From Sphingomonadaceae bacterium (GTDB lineage Bacteria; Chloroflexota; UBA6077), in the NCBI GenBank assembly GCA_050261575.1, contig JBLNDL010000056.1:1-58594 (forward strand): a DNA stretch of 58,594 nucleotides, read 5' to 3'. The notes under the pieces are model-generated. The model made no database searches. It had not been told where the DNA came from and was given only the letters and a program-made list of their open reading frames with translations. Made by a program: the position numbers and the translations under genes. Shown here piece by piece: positions 39,291-49,297 of the stretch; position 1 is the first letter of the stretch; every line of letters begins with the position of its first letter.

Positions 39291-40373
39291 GTGTTCGAGA
39301 TCCTTCTGCTCCCCGGAGACTGCAGCGGGCCCGAGGTGGTGAACGAGGCCGTCAAGGTGCTGCGAGCTGTGGGTCAGCGCTACGGGTGCGAGTTTGCTTT
39401 CAAGACCAGACTGATCGGCGCCGCCGCCATCGACGCCCACGGGCTCCCGCTCCTGCCTGAGGTGGTGGAGGAGGCGCGGCGGTGCGATGCCGTGCTCCTC
39501 GGCGCCGTGGGCGACCCCAGGTACGACGATCCCCAGGCGAAGGTGCGCCCCGAGCAGGGGCTGCTCGCCATCCGCAAGGGGCTCGGCCTCTTCGCCAACC
39601 TGCGCCCCGTCAAGCTGCTGGGCCCCCTGGTGGGAGCCTCGCCTGTCAAACCGGAGGTGGTGAACGGCACCGACCTGCTGTTCGTTCGGGAGTTGACGGG
39701 CGGCCTCTACTTCGGTAGGCCCAGCGAGACCCGGCAAACCCCCGAGGGCCTGGTGGCGGTCGACACGATGGTGTACGCCGAGAAGGAGATCGAGCGGGTG
39801 CTGCGGGTGGCCTTCCACCTGGCCCGAGGGCGCAGGCGCAAGCTGACCTCCGTGGACAAGGCGAACGTCCTGGAGAACTCCCGCCTATGGAGGAGGGTGG
39901 CCGAGAGGGTGGCCAAGGAGTACCCGGACGTCACCCTGGAGCACGCCCTGGTGGACTCCTGCTCCATGGCGCTGATCAGGTCCCCTCGCGATTTCGACGT
40001 CCTTGTGACGGAGAACACCTTCGGCGATATCCTCACCGACGAGGCCTCGCAGATCGCAGGCTCCATCGGCATGCTGCCCTCCGCCAGCCTCGGTGAGGGC
40101 AAGCTTGGGCTGTACGAGCCGATCCACGGCTCCGCGCCGACCCTCGCCGGCAAGAACGTCATCAATCCCCTGGCCACGATCCTCAGCGCTGCCATGCTGC
40201 TGAGGCACTCGCTGGATATGCCCGAGGCGGCCGAGGCCGTGGAGAGGGCGGTGGAAGGGGCGGTCGCTGACGGCATCAGGACGAAGGATATCTGGGAGGA
40301 GGGCACCACCCTCGTCGGCACCTCGGAGATGGGGGACGCGGTTGCCAGACGGGTCCTCGGCGGTCGCCCCTGA
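39291..40373 (+). CDS. leuB: 3-isopropylmalate dehydrogenase
   Basis: [54 protein letters not shown]. Confidence 0.96.
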   Translation: MFEILLLPGDCSGPEVVNEAVKVLRAVGQRYGCEFAFKTRLIGAAAIDAHGLPLLPEVVEEARRCDAVLLGAVGDPRYDDPQAKVRPEQGLLAIRKGLGLFANLRPVKLLGPLVGASPVKPEVVNGTDLLFVRELTGGLYFGRPSETRQTPEGLVAVDTMVYAEKEIERVLRVAFHLARGRRRKLTSVDKANVLENSRLWRRVAERVAKEYPDVTLEHALVDSCSMALIRSPRDFDVLVTENTFGDILTDEASQIAGSIGMLPSASLGEGKLGLYEPIHGSAPTLAGKNVINPLATILSAAMLLRHSLDMPEAAEAVERAVEGAVADGIRTKDIWEEGTTLVGTSEMGDAVARRVLGGRP

Positions 40374-40397
40374 GGACTGAGTGCTGAGCATCGATCC

Positions 40398-42344
40398 TCA
40401 GTACCCACTCCTCGGCTCTGACTCTTCTGTCAGCCGGTTCCCAATCTCCTCCCACCGGGCATTCAGCTCCGGCAGCCTGCCGGTCAGCTCCGTGTACTCT
40501 GCCAGGATGGGGGCCGACCTCTCGCGGTCGGAGAACAGCTCGGGGGAGGCCAGCAGCGCCTCTAGCTCCGCGATTCGCTCCTCGGCCGCGATGATCTCCC
40601 GCTCCACCGCCTGCAACTCGCGCTGCAGTTGCCGCGGGCTCACGCGGGCTCTCGGTTCAGAGCGCTGAGACCTCCGCGTCCCCGCATCCCCGCGTCCCCG
40701 CGTCTCCGCGTTCGCCCGCCCGGCCTCCGCCTCCTCCAGCGCCTTCTTCTCCCGGTAGTTCGTGTAGTTCCCCACGTACAAGGTGGCCCTCTCGTCCGCC
40801 AGCTCCACCACCTTGTTCGCCAGCTTGTCCACCAGGTAGCGGTCGTGCGAGGCCAGCACCACCGTGCCGGGGTACTCGGATAGCGCCTCCTCCAGCGCCT
40901 CCCGCGACCCCACGTCCAGGTGGTTGGTCGGCTCGTCCAGCAGCAGCACGTTCGATGGGCGCAGCAGCATCTTCGCCAGCGCCAGCCGGCTTCGCTCACC
41001 CCCGCTCAGCACGGCCACGGACTTGAAGACGTCGTCGCCGCTGAACAGGAAGCGCCCCAGCATCGTGCGCACGTCCTCCAGCGTCCAGTCCCGAGGCGCC
41101 TCCGCGTACAGCTCCTGCAGCACCGTGTTCGACCCAGTGAGGGACTCCGACTGATCCTGAGCGTAGTAGGCCCGCAGCACGTTCGCCCCCACGGACACGA
41201 CGCCCTCCTCCGGTTTCTCCACCCCGGCCAGCAGCCTCAGCAGGGTCGACTTGCCCGCGCCGTTCGGCCCCACCAGCGCCACCCGGTCGCCCTTCTCCAC
41301 CAGCAGCTCGCATCCCCGGAAGACCGACTTCCCATCGTAGCCTTTGCCCGCCCCCCTCAGCTCGAATACCTTCCGGCCGCTCGGCGTGGACCGCGGAAAG
41401 CGGAACTTGATCGTCCTTTCCGGCCCCGTCGGAGCCTCCACCCGCTCCATCTTCTCCAGCAGCTTCTCCCGGCTCTTCGTCTGGCTGGAGCGCCGCTTGT
41501 CCGCGTGGAACCTGTCGATGAACGCCTGCTGCCGCGCCAGGTACGCCTGCTGCCGCTTGAACGCCGCCTCCTGCTCCCGCTGCCGGCGAGCCTTCTCCCG
41601 AGCGTAGTAGCTGTAGTTGCCCGGGTACCCCTCCAGCCTGCCCCGCTGCAGCTCCAGCGTCCGGCAAGTCACCAGGTCCAGGAAGTAGCGGTCGTGGGAG
41701 ACCACTACCACCGCGCCCTTGTACTGGCGCAGGTAGCCCTCCAGCCACTCCGTGGCCCGCAGGTCCAGGTGGTTGGTGGGTTCGTCCAGCAGCAGCAGAT
41801 CGGGGCGCTGCAGCAGCAGCCGCGCCAGGGCGATGCGCATCTGCCAGCCCCCGCTGAAATGCTCCACCCGCTTCCGATAGTCCCCCATCGTGAAGCCGAG
41901 GCCGTGCAGCACCCGCCCGATCTCCGCCTCAAGCGTGTAGCCGCCCCGTCTCTCGAACTCGGCGTGCAGCTCCGCGTGCCGCTCCACCAGCTCCACCAGC
42001 TCCGCCGACTCGGGAGAGAGCCCGCCCATCCTCTCCACCAGCCGCCGCTGCTCCTCCTCCAGCCCGATCACGTCCGCAAAGAGGGAGAGCATCTCCTCGT
42101 AGAGGGTGCGACCGGGGGTGACGCCGGCGTTCTGGGGAAGGTAGGCGATGGTGGTTCCGGAGAGGCGGTGCACTCGACCCCCGTCGGGCTCGAGCTCCCC
42201 GGACAGAATGCGGAGAAGCGTGGACTTGCCGGCGCCGTTCGGCCCCACCAGGGCCACCCGCTCGCCCGGCCTCAACTCCAGGCTGACCCCATCGAGGACC
42301 GTATCGCCGCCGAAGTACTTCGAGATGTTGGTGGCTTGTAGCAT
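40398..42344 (-). CDS. ABC-F family ATPase (ribosome-associated, Uup/YdiF-like)
   Basis: Two NBDs (GPNGAGKSTL; FSGGWQMR and LSGGERSR; DEPTNHLD twice), no TM helices, C-terminal coiled coil. Confidence 0.93.
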   Translation of the reverse strand: MLQATNISKYFGGDTVLDGVSLELRPGERVALVGPNGAGKSTLLRILSGELEPDGGRVHRLSGTTIAYLPQNAGVTPGRTLYEEMLSLFADVIGLEEEQRRLVERMGGLSPESAELVELVERHAELHAEFERRGGYTLEAEIGRVLHGLGFTMGDYRKRVEHFSGGWQMRIALARLLLQRPDLLLLDEPTNHLDLRATEWLEGYLRQYKGAVVVVSHDRYFLDLVTCRTLELQRGRLEGYPGNYSYYAREKARRQREQEAAFKRQQAYLARQQAFIDRFHADKRRSSQTKSREKLLEKMERVEAPTGPERTIKFRFPRSTPSGRKVFELRGAGKGYDGKSVFRGCELLVEKGDRVALVGPNGAGKSTLLRLLAGVEKPEEGVVSVGANVLRAYYAQDQSESLTGSNTVLQELYAEAPRDWTLEDVRTMLGRFLFSGDDVFKSVAVLSGGERSRLALAKMLLRPSNVLLLDEPTNHLDVGSREALEEALSEYPGTVVLASHDRYLVDKLANKVVELADERATLYVGNYTNYREKKALEEAEAGRANAETRGRGDAGTRRSQRSEPRARVSPRQLQRELQAVEREIIAAEERIAELEALLASPELFSDRERSAPILAEYTELTGRLPELNARWEEIGNRLTEESEPRSGY

Positions 42345-42396
42345 CGGGCTCTATTGTACCAGGTAGGGCCGAATCGTTCGCCCTCACCCGGCTCCG

Positions 42397-43611
42397 CTAC
42401 TTCCGCCCGCCAGTCTCGAAGTAGTCGAATGCGGCCTTGGCGACCCGAGCGATCGACTGTGCCGCCTCGTCGTAGTTGCCCAGGTCCGAGGTGAGCATCA
42501 CCACCACGAAATCGTTGCGCGGCGTGTAGATGATGCCGGCGTCGTGCCGGTATCCGGGCAGCTCCCCGCTCTTGTGCGCCACCTTCGCCGTGGTGGGGAG
42601 GAGTGCGGGGAGCCACGCCACCTGCTGCTCCTGGCTCAGCAGCCTCACCGCTTCCCTGGTGGCTCGTTCGTTCAGGATCTTCCCGGTGGCCACCTTCTCC
42701 AGCAGGAGGCCCATCTCCTGCGCGGTGGTGGTGTTCTCGCCCGCTGGCCCCCCCCAGTCCCTCTGGGGCTGGCCGATCCGCAGCCGCGTCTTCTCCAGCC
42801 CGTTGGCCTGGAGGGTCAGGTTCACGTTGTCCACCCCCACCAGGTCCAGCAGCGCCAGCGCGGCCACGTTGTCGCTCACCTGGATCATCAGGTCCACCAA
42901 CTCGTGGACCGGATACTCCTTGCCTATCTGGGCCTGGAGCACACCCGCGCCGTCCGACCAATGCTTGGGCTGGAGCTTGATGAGCGCGTTCATGTCCAGC
43001 ATCCCCATGCTGTGCTGGCGCAGCAGCTCCACCAGAATGGGGACCTTGAAGAGGCTGGCCGAGGGGAAGACCAGGTTCTCGTCCACCATGGCGCTGGCGC
43101 CGTTGTTCAGGCTCCTCACGTAGATGCCCGCCGTGCCCACCGAGGGGGCGACCGCCTTGCCGATCGACTCGGCCAGACCGGCGTCCATCCAGCGCTCCGC
43201 GCCCCCCATGCTCGCCGATATCCGTGGGAATGGCGCCTCCGTGGCCACAGTCTTCTGGAATAGCTCCGCCCGCCGAACGCTCACCGCGTCCCAGGCCATC
43301 AGCGCCACTCGAGCGGCCACCACCAGCAGCACGCCGTGGGCGATCATCTGGACCAGGCGGGGCAAGGTCAACCGGCGGGTGCGGCCGACCTGCGACCTGC
43401 GCCCCGGCCTCGGCCGGACTCCCGCGAGCGCCACCTCGCCCCCCCGGGAGACCTCCAGGTGGGAGCGCTGCTCTCGCAGCTCGGGGCCCCGGCCCCGCCC
43501 GCGGATGGCAGAACCCCCTCGGGACGTGCCGCCGCCACGCACGGCGGACCTCCCGAAGGGGAGGCCCGCGCTCCGGCTGCCTCTCTCGCGGCTCGTCGAT
43601 CGCTTCTCCAA
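42397..43611 (-). CDS. Membrane-anchored class A beta-lactamase-fold serine hydrolase (PBP-like)
   Basis: SxxK (ASLFK), SDN and KSG motifs after a TM helix; Arg-rich N-terminus; start uncertain. Confidence 0.8.
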   Translation of the reverse strand: MEKRSTSRERGSRSAGLPFGRSAVRGGGTSRGGSAIRGRGRGPELREQRSHLEVSRGGEVALAGVRPRPGRRSQVGRTRRLTLPRLVQMIAHGVLLVVAARVALMAWDAVSVRRAELFQKTVATEAPFPRISASMGGAERWMDAGLAESIGKAVAPSVGTAGIYVRSLNNGASAMVDENLVFPSASLFKVPILVELLRQHSMGMLDMNALIKLQPKHWSDGAGVLQAQIGKEYPVHELVDLMIQVSDNVAALALLDLVGVDNVNLTLQANGLEKTRLRIGQPQRDWGGPAGENTTTAQEMGLLLEKVATGKILNERATREAVRLLSQEQQVAWLPALLPTTAKVAHKSGELPGYRHDAGIIYTPRNDFVVVMLTSDLGNYDEAAQSIARVAKAAFDYFETGGRK

Positions 43612-43760
43612 GAGTGTGGATCCAAACGGTGGTGATGTGGTGAGGAGTACCTTCGCGGCGCTATGGTAGCGCCTGGGGCCCCCGGCGGCAAGTAGTGGTT
43701 GCCTCCCCCTGGTACGCCCCTTGCCCGCATGCCGGCCCTAGAAAGCGAAAGGGGGAGCGG

Positions 43761-44168
43761 GTGGCAACTCGAATGCTTGCCCTGTTGGCGGCCCTGGCCG
43801 GACTCCTGGCGTGGGCCGCGCTGCGCAGGCCGCCCTGCATGCCCGCGCCCGTGGCGGTGCTCCCTGCCAGCGCGCGGCGCGACCTGGAGCGGCGGGCCAT
43901 CCGGTGGAGCGGGCACCTCCTCCATGCGATGGGGGCGGTCGAGTCGGCCCCGAGGGCGGAGATGGACGCCCTCCTGGCCCACCGGGTCGCCGGGGCCATC
44001 CTGGAGCGGCTCGCCGCCGACGTGGCCGAACTGCAGGTCTTGGTCATCGCGGGGGTGATCCACCTGGAGGGCGCCGTCGCCGGCCCCGCCGCGCGGGCCG
44101 AGGCGGAACGGATCGCCCGCGAGGTCAGCGGGGCACACGTGATCGCCGACGACCTGCGCGTGATCTGA
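43761..44168 (+). CDS. BON-domain membrane protein
   Basis: N-terminal hydrophobic helix; C-terminal GVIHLEGAV...AERIAREVSGAHVIADDLRV BON-like pattern. Confidence 0.65.
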   Translation: MATRMLALLAALAGLLAWAALRRPPCMPAPVAVLPASARRDLERRAIRWSGHLLHAMGAVESAPRAEMDALLAHRVAGAILERLAADVAELQVLVIAGVIHLEGAVAGPAARAEAERIAREVSGAHVIADDLRVI

Positions 44169-44267
44169 GCCCGCACCGCTGCCGAAGACGCGGCGGTTAG
44201 GGGGACGGGGTGACGCGGGGACGGGGGGAGGCGTGTCACGCCTCCCCCCGCGACACCGTTTGGCGCC

Positions 44268-45440
44268 CTATATCCCGCTCCGGTACTCCCCCTCCAGCTT
44301 GCTCAGCGTGTACCCTGTCGCGTTCTGCAGCGCCGACTCGAAGGCCTCGCCCGCCGCCGTCCTCTCCAGGACCTGCAGCAGCGGCATCCCGCCGACCCTT
44401 CCGGACAGGTACTTCAACGCCAGGAACGAGGCCCCGTACGCCGCCTGGTAGCTCTCGGAGCTGCTGTTGAGGATCCCGTTCCAGTCGCTGTTCAGCGCCA
44501 TCAACGTGGGAAGGGTGTTCCTCTCCTTGAAGGAAGACGCATAGGCCACCACGCTCTTCTCCGCGATGGTGCCCGGCACCCTGGAGTAGGCGATCCACTG
44601 CGCGAAGCCCTCCCTGTACCACTGCGGGCCCGCCTCACCGAACAGGTCGGACTCCATCACGTAGCCGTATTCGTGCAGCAGATTCGCCTTCGTGGTCTCC
44701 TCCCAGTCCTCCTGGCCGGAGCGATAGCTCAGGTTCATCAGGATCGCCCAGCCCCCGGTCCCCCTGTCGACCCCCCGCGCCACGGCGTTGGTGATCGCCA
44801 CCCGGTCGATGTCGCTCGGCGACAGGTCGAGCCCCAGGATCTGGCTCATCCCGTTCGCCATCCGGTAGCCGTCGAAGTAGAGGTACACCGTCGTCGGCCG
44901 CCGAGGCCTCCACCCCCAGACCCTCGCCCACTCCGCTTCCACCTCCTGGAGGAAGGTCTTCACCATCACGCCTCGGCCGCCCGACTCGTCGTCCATCGCC
45001 TTCACGTCTGGCGAGTAGCTGCCGAGCGGCATCGGCGTGGGCGCAGGGGGCGCCGGGGTGGGCGCCGGCTGCGGCGCGGGCTGCTCGGCCACCGGCTGCG
45101 GCGCCGGCCCCACCGACGGCTGCTCCCACGGGAATAGCTCCCCGTTGGACCGGCTCTGCAACCCGAACGGACCCAGGATCCACGTCGTCGCCCCGTCGGT
45201 GAAGGTCGTCCACCGGTCGGCCTTCCTCCACACCATCAGGCCGCGCGTCGTCCGTTGGATCACGTCGCCGTTCGCGACACCGTGCTCGTCCTCCAACGGC
45301 TGGCCAACCACGGCCGGAATCTGTTCCGCCAGCGCCTTGAACCCGAATCGGAACTCGGGACCGGCCTGGGCCAGGGCTGCGCCGCCGATGGCCAGGATCG
45401 CCGTAGCGGCGAGAAGGACCGATAGTAAGAGTCTCTTCAT
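44268..45440 (-). CDS. Secreted protein: Chloroflexi-type N-terminal domain, Pro-rich linker, gluzincin/peptidase MA-like domain with degenerate HExxH
   Basis: Signal peptide MKRLLL...ALA; GFKAL...VWRKADRWTTFTDG domain; LLHEYGY...PQWYREGFAQW; AYGASFLALKYL. Confidence 0.75.
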   Translation of the reverse strand: MKRLLLSVLLAATAILAIGGAALAQAGPEFRFGFKALAEQIPAVVGQPLEDEHGVANGDVIQRTTRGLMVWRKADRWTTFTDGATTWILGPFGLQSRSNGELFPWEQPSVGPAPQPVAEQPAPQPAPTPAPPAPTPMPLGSYSPDVKAMDDESGGRGVMVKTFLQEVEAEWARVWGWRPRRPTTVYLYFDGYRMANGMSQILGLDLSPSDIDRVAITNAVARGVDRGTGGWAILMNLSYRSGQEDWEETTKANLLHEYGYVMESDLFGEAGPQWYREGFAQWIAYSRVPGTIAEKSVVAYASSFKERNTLPTLMALNSDWNGILNSSSESYQAAYGASFLALKYLSGRVGGMPLLQVLERTAAGEAFESALQNATGYTLSKLEGEYRSGI

Positions 45441-45570
45441 CGTGTGACTCCCTCCCAATGAAGATAGCGGGATCCCAGGGGTACGCCGTGGGGAAACGGG
45501 GCTGCAACATCCTCCAAGAGGCCGCCTCTAGCTTACCAGAAACGAGCCCATCTGGATCAAGACGATTCAC

Positions 45571-45626
45571 CCTCTCCCTGGGGGAGAGGCATGAACGTGC
45601 CAGATGGCACGTTCATGGGGTGAGGG
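45571..45626 (+). repeat. Structured dispersed repeat GGGAGAGG-[hairpin]-GGGTGAGGG, copy 1
   Basis: Related copies at 49111-49156, 50331-50387, 51131-51176 and 53031-53078. Confidence 0.75.
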
Positions 45627-45783
45627 CGCCCAGTGCCATACTCGGGCCGCCACCACGTGTCGCCAACTGCGCCGTTCCGCGGTTTCGATGGTGTGGGGCG
45701 GGTGCCCAGGCCCCTACCCAACTGCGGGAACGGGAAATGCTGCCATGCCCTCCACCAAGCAGCACCGTGAGGAGGATCCCGCC

Positions 45784-46233
45784 ATGACTCCCGCCGAAAC
45801 CGTCGCCTCCTTCGTGGAAGCGCTCGATGCAGGCGATCTCGACAGGGCCGCAGCCTACCTGTCCGACGACTTCGTCCTCGACGGCCTCACTCCCCGACCC
45901 CTCGACAAGCCCCAGTTCCTCGCCTTCGTGGACTCGGTCCGCCGAGCCTTCCCGGATTGGTCCTTCCACCCCACCGGCCTCCAGGAGCAGGGGAGCACCG
46001 TGATGCTCACCCTCCGCGGGACCGGCACCCACACGGGAGACCTGCGCAGCCCTGTGCCCGGATTGCCCGAGGTCCCCGCCTCCGGCAGGACTGTCTCCCT
46101 GCCAGACCAGCCCGCCAGGGTCACCGTCCGGGGCGACCAGGTCGCCTCCATCACCGTCCAGCCGGTCGCTGGCGGCGGAATACTCGGCATCCTCCAGCAA
46201 CTGGGGATCCAACTGCCCACCCGCACCGTCTAG
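45784..46233 (+). CDS. SnoaL-like / ester cyclase (NTF2-like) protein
   Basis: ALDAGDLDRAAAYLSDDF, AFPDW, GTHTGDL, PASGRTV; GAGGAGG RBS. Confidence 0.85.
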   Translation: MTPAETVASFVEALDAGDLDRAAAYLSDDFVLDGLTPRPLDKPQFLAFVDSVRRAFPDWSFHPTGLQEQGSTVMLTLRGTGTHTGDLRSPVPGLPEVPASGRTVSLPDQPARVTVRGDQVASITVQPVAGGGILGILQQLGIQLPTRTV

Positions 46234-46300
46234 GCCCCCCGGCCGAATACGGAAAAGCCCCTTCCCCCTCGTGGGGGAAGGGGCAGAGACTCCGCGCGTC

Positions 46301-48178
46301 CTACACCGCCCAGAGCAGGTCCAGCTCCGCCAGCTTGCCCTTCGTGGGCACGCCCGTCGCGGGGTCCCACCCCGCCGTCTCGTAGTAGAGCCGCTTCGCC
46401 TCCTCGAACTCCGCCCGATCTATACCCACCCCCTCCAATGCCCCGTTCTTCAGGGGCTGGAACATCCTCTCCGGCAGGTTGTCGTCTGCGGCCGTGAAGC
46501 CCTCCCGCAGGTTGAACAACCTCGCCATGTTCTGGGAGCGCTCCCCCACCTTGATCAACTCGAACAGGCTCGTCTTCCACCCCGTCACCGCGGACACGTA
46601 GTCCACCAGCATCGGCAGCGTGAACGGTCCCGTCGGCGTCCCCACGAAGTCGCACAGCCCCACGCAGTTGTACAGGTTCCACACCTGCTGCCCGTTGTAG
46701 AACAGCCTCACCTTCTTCGGACCCATGTCCAGCGAGCCCACCGGCTCCAGGATCCCCATCGGCTCCAGCGCCTCCAGCCCGGCCCCACCCGGCGCCTCGA
46801 AGTCGGTATCGTGCGGAGCCTCCATGTGGCAGGCCCCCGTCGGGCTCACCGCGTAGCCTATCGCGAGGCTCCGCTTGCCCCGCGGCTCGTGCATCGGGAA
46901 CTCCTGGCCCTTCGTGTGGATCGCCAGCGCCTCGGCCCCCGGACCCAGCCTCTTCGCGGCGATCCGCACCCCCTCCGCCAGCAGGTCGCCGATCCCCCGC
47001 CTCTCCGCGATCAGCGTGATCGCCCGCAGCATCGAGTCGGCGTTCCCGAAGCGCAGCTCCAGCCCGCCCGTGTCCGCCGCTGTCAGGTACCCCGCCTCGA
47101 ACGCCTCCATCGCGAACGCGATCGTCGTGCCGGCCGAGATGGTGTCCAGCCCGTAGCGGTTGCACAGCTCGTTGCCCTTCGCCACCGCCGCCAGGTCGCC
47201 GATCCCGCACAGCGAGCCCAGCGACCCCACCGTCTCGTACTCCGGACCCCCGAACGCCGGATCCACATTGTGCGGCTCGCCCGTCTTCACCTCCCGCTTG
47301 CAGGCTATGTAGCAGGCGTAGCAGGTGCCTCGGTTCACCAGGATCGTGTCCGCCATCGTCTTCCCGCTGATCGCCCGAGCCTCCTCGAAGCTCCCCTGCA
47401 GGAAGTTCCGTGTCGGCAGGATCCCCCGCGCGTCCAGGAATGGCACCCCGCCGGCCGTGCCCAGGTCGTGCATGTCCCCGGGCGTCCGCCGGTAGTTGGC
47501 CCGAACCTGCTTCCGCACCTCCTCCACCCTAGCCGCGTCGTGCAACTGTAGCTTCTGCGTGCCGCGCACCGCGATCGCCCGCAGCTTCTTGGAGCCCATC
47601 ACAGCACCCATCCCGGTCCGGCCGTTCGAGTGCTTCAGCTCGTTCAGGACGCAGGCGTATCGCACCAGCCTCTCACCCGCCGGGCCGATCTGGGCCACCC
47701 TCACCTTCGCGTCCCCCAGCTCCCGGCGGATCTCCGCCTGCGCCTCGCCCGTGTCCAGCCCCCATATCTGGCCGGCATCCCTCAAGGAGGCCTCGCCGTC
47801 GTGCACGTAGAGGTACACCGGCTTCTCCGAGGCGCCACTCACCACCACCGCGTCGAAGCCTGCCAGCTTCAGCTCGGGACCCCACCATCCGCCCGCCTCT
47901 GCCTCCCCGAAGCCGCCCGTCAGCGGCGACTTGGCGGCTACCGTGAAGCGCGAGCAGCCGGGCGCGGGGGTGCCGTTCAGGATCGAGGGCGCGAAGACCA
48001 ACAGGTTGTCGGGACTCAGCGGATCCACGCCGGGCTTCAACTCCCGCAGCAGGAAGTGGAGCGCCAGCGCGCTGCCACCCAGATAGCTACGGTAGACCCT
48101 CTCCTCGGGCTCCTCCACCCAGATCTTCCCTTCGGACAGGTTCACCCTGAGCACCTTGCCGGTGTATCCGTATGCCAC
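46301..48178 (-). CDS. aor: Aldehyde:ferredoxin oxidoreductase (tungstopterin AOR family)
   Basis: KSPLTG, GRTGMGAVMGSKKLRAI, CYACYIAC Fe-S motif, PEYET, GLDTIS, GLC; GTG start after AAGGAGG. Confidence 0.93.
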   Translation of the reverse strand: MAYGYTGKVLRVNLSEGKIWVEEPEERVYRSYLGGSALALHFLLRELKPGVDPLSPDNLLVFAPSILNGTPAPGCSRFTVAAKSPLTGGFGEAEAGGWWGPELKLAGFDAVVVSGASEKPVYLYVHDGEASLRDAGQIWGLDTGEAQAEIRRELGDAKVRVAQIGPAGERLVRYACVLNELKHSNGRTGMGAVMGSKKLRAIAVRGTQKLQLHDAARVEEVRKQVRANYRRTPGDMHDLGTAGGVPFLDARGILPTRNFLQGSFEEARAISGKTMADTILVNRGTCYACYIACKREVKTGEPHNVDPAFGGPEYETVGSLGSLCGIGDLAAVAKGNELCNRYGLDTISAGTTIAFAMEAFEAGYLTAADTGGLELRFGNADSMLRAITLIAERRGIGDLLAEGVRIAAKRLGPGAEALAIHTKGQEFPMHEPRGKRSLAIGYAVSPTGACHMEAPHDTDFEAPGGAGLEALEPMGILEPVGSLDMGPKKVRLFYNGQQVWNLYNCVGLCDFVGTPTGPFTLPMLVDYVSAVTGWKTSLFELIKVGERSQNMARLFNLREGFTAADDNLPERMFQPLKNGALEGVGIDRAEFEEAKRLYYETAGWDPATGVPTKGKLAELDLLWAV

Positions 48179-48471
48179 GTTCCCCTCCTTTCGTAGCCCG
48201 CGATGGATCGGACCGGCGTCCGCCAGCGGCTTCGACGCGTGCGCCGCCCGCGCGACGGGGTCGCCTCCCGCCACACCTCCCCTGGGGCACATCGTCGTGT
48301 GGCAGGCGTGCCCACGTGATACGAGCGCAGCCCTGTGTGCAGGCTCGCGTCACGTCCCCTGCGTGGGCGTCGCCCCGTGCGGCATGGGCTCTCCTCTGTC
48401 GGCGTGCCCTGCGAACGTAACGAGAATCGTGCATCCGAGGGAAGGATGTCAATAGTGTACTTGATCCCCTC

Positions 48472-48524
48472 TTGACAACGCCCGCCGCCCGGCTACAATA
48501 CTATCGCGATATATCGCGATAGTA
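48472..48524 (+). promoter_or_regulatory. padR promoter with 26-bp perfect palindromic operator
   Basis: TTGACA-16 bp-TACAAT overlapped by TACTATCGCGATATATCGCGATAGTA (48499-48524). Confidence 0.8.
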
Positions 48525-48543
48525 ACGTGAGGAGGTGGCGACC

Positions 48544-49083
48544 GTGTGGTACGCAGGCAGCTTCGGTTCCCGGCGCTTCAGGGAGCGCATCTTCGAGAAG
48601 GGAGACCTCAAGTACGTCATCCTCGACCTGCTCGCGGAGAAGCCGCGGCACGGCTACGAGATCATCCGCGAGTTGGAGGAGCGCTTCGGCGGTGTCTACT
48701 CCCCCAGCCCGGGCGCCGTCTACCCCACCCTCCAACTGCTGGAGGACCTCGCCTACGTCATCAGCAGCCAGCGAGACGGCAGGCGCATCTACGAGATCAC
48801 CCAGGAGGGCCGCGCCTTCCTCGCGGCGCGGAACGACACCATGGAGCATATCCGCGGCCGCGTGCGCTCCCGCCTAGGTCCCTGGTTCGGCGAGGAGGGC
48901 GCGCGCGAGTTCGCCGAGGAGGTGCGCGAGTTCGCCGCCGACATGAAGGACTTCGCCAAGATGTTCGCCAAGTCCCAGGGCGGCGCCTGGCGCGACCCCG
49001 CCAAGCGCGACCGCATCCGCGAGCTCCTCAAGCGTACCCGCCAGGAGATCGACGACATCCTCCGCGAGCCCGACTCCAAGTGA
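48544..49083 (+). CDS. PadR family transcriptional regulator (YqjI-like)
   Basis: GDLKYVILDLL, PRHGYEII, YSPSPGAVYPTLQLLED, RRIYEITQEG; GTG after GAGGAGG. Confidence 0.92.
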   Translation: MWYAGSFGSRRFRERIFEKGDLKYVILDLLAEKPRHGYEIIRELEERFGGVYSPSPGAVYPTLQLLEDLAYVISSQRDGRRIYEITQEGRAFLAARNDTMEHIRGRVRSRLGPWFGEEGAREFAEEVREFAADMKDFAKMFAKSQGGAWRDPAKRDRIRELLKRTRQEIDDILREPDSK

Positions 49084-49110
49084 CCCCTTCCAAAGGGAGA
49101 GGGGGGGCCC

Positions 49111-49156
49111 CTGGGAGAGGCGTGAACGTGCCACCGGCGCGTTCACGGGGTGAGGG
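49111..49156 (+). repeat. Structured dispersed repeat, copy 2
   Basis: CTGGGAGAGG-CGTGAACGTG-CCACCGG-CGCGTTCACG-GGGTGAGGG. Confidence 0.8.
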
Positions 49157-49297
49157 CATCACCACCCCCTCCCCCTGACGGAGGTGTGACGCGCTTCTCG
49201 CTCGGGTCGCGGGCCAAGCCTTCCGGGAGCGCAGGCGTCTCGCCTGCCGCCAGCCTCACCGGACGCGCGGCGCGTTCTTCTCTCCTGCCCGGCCACC

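Noticed and set aside
42397..43611. Possible antibiotic-resistance pair (beta-lactamase plus ABC-F)
   Set aside because: The hydrolase is membrane-anchored with no evident omega-loop ExxLN, so it is PBP-like. The ABC-F looks like a housekeeping type, and there is no mobile context.
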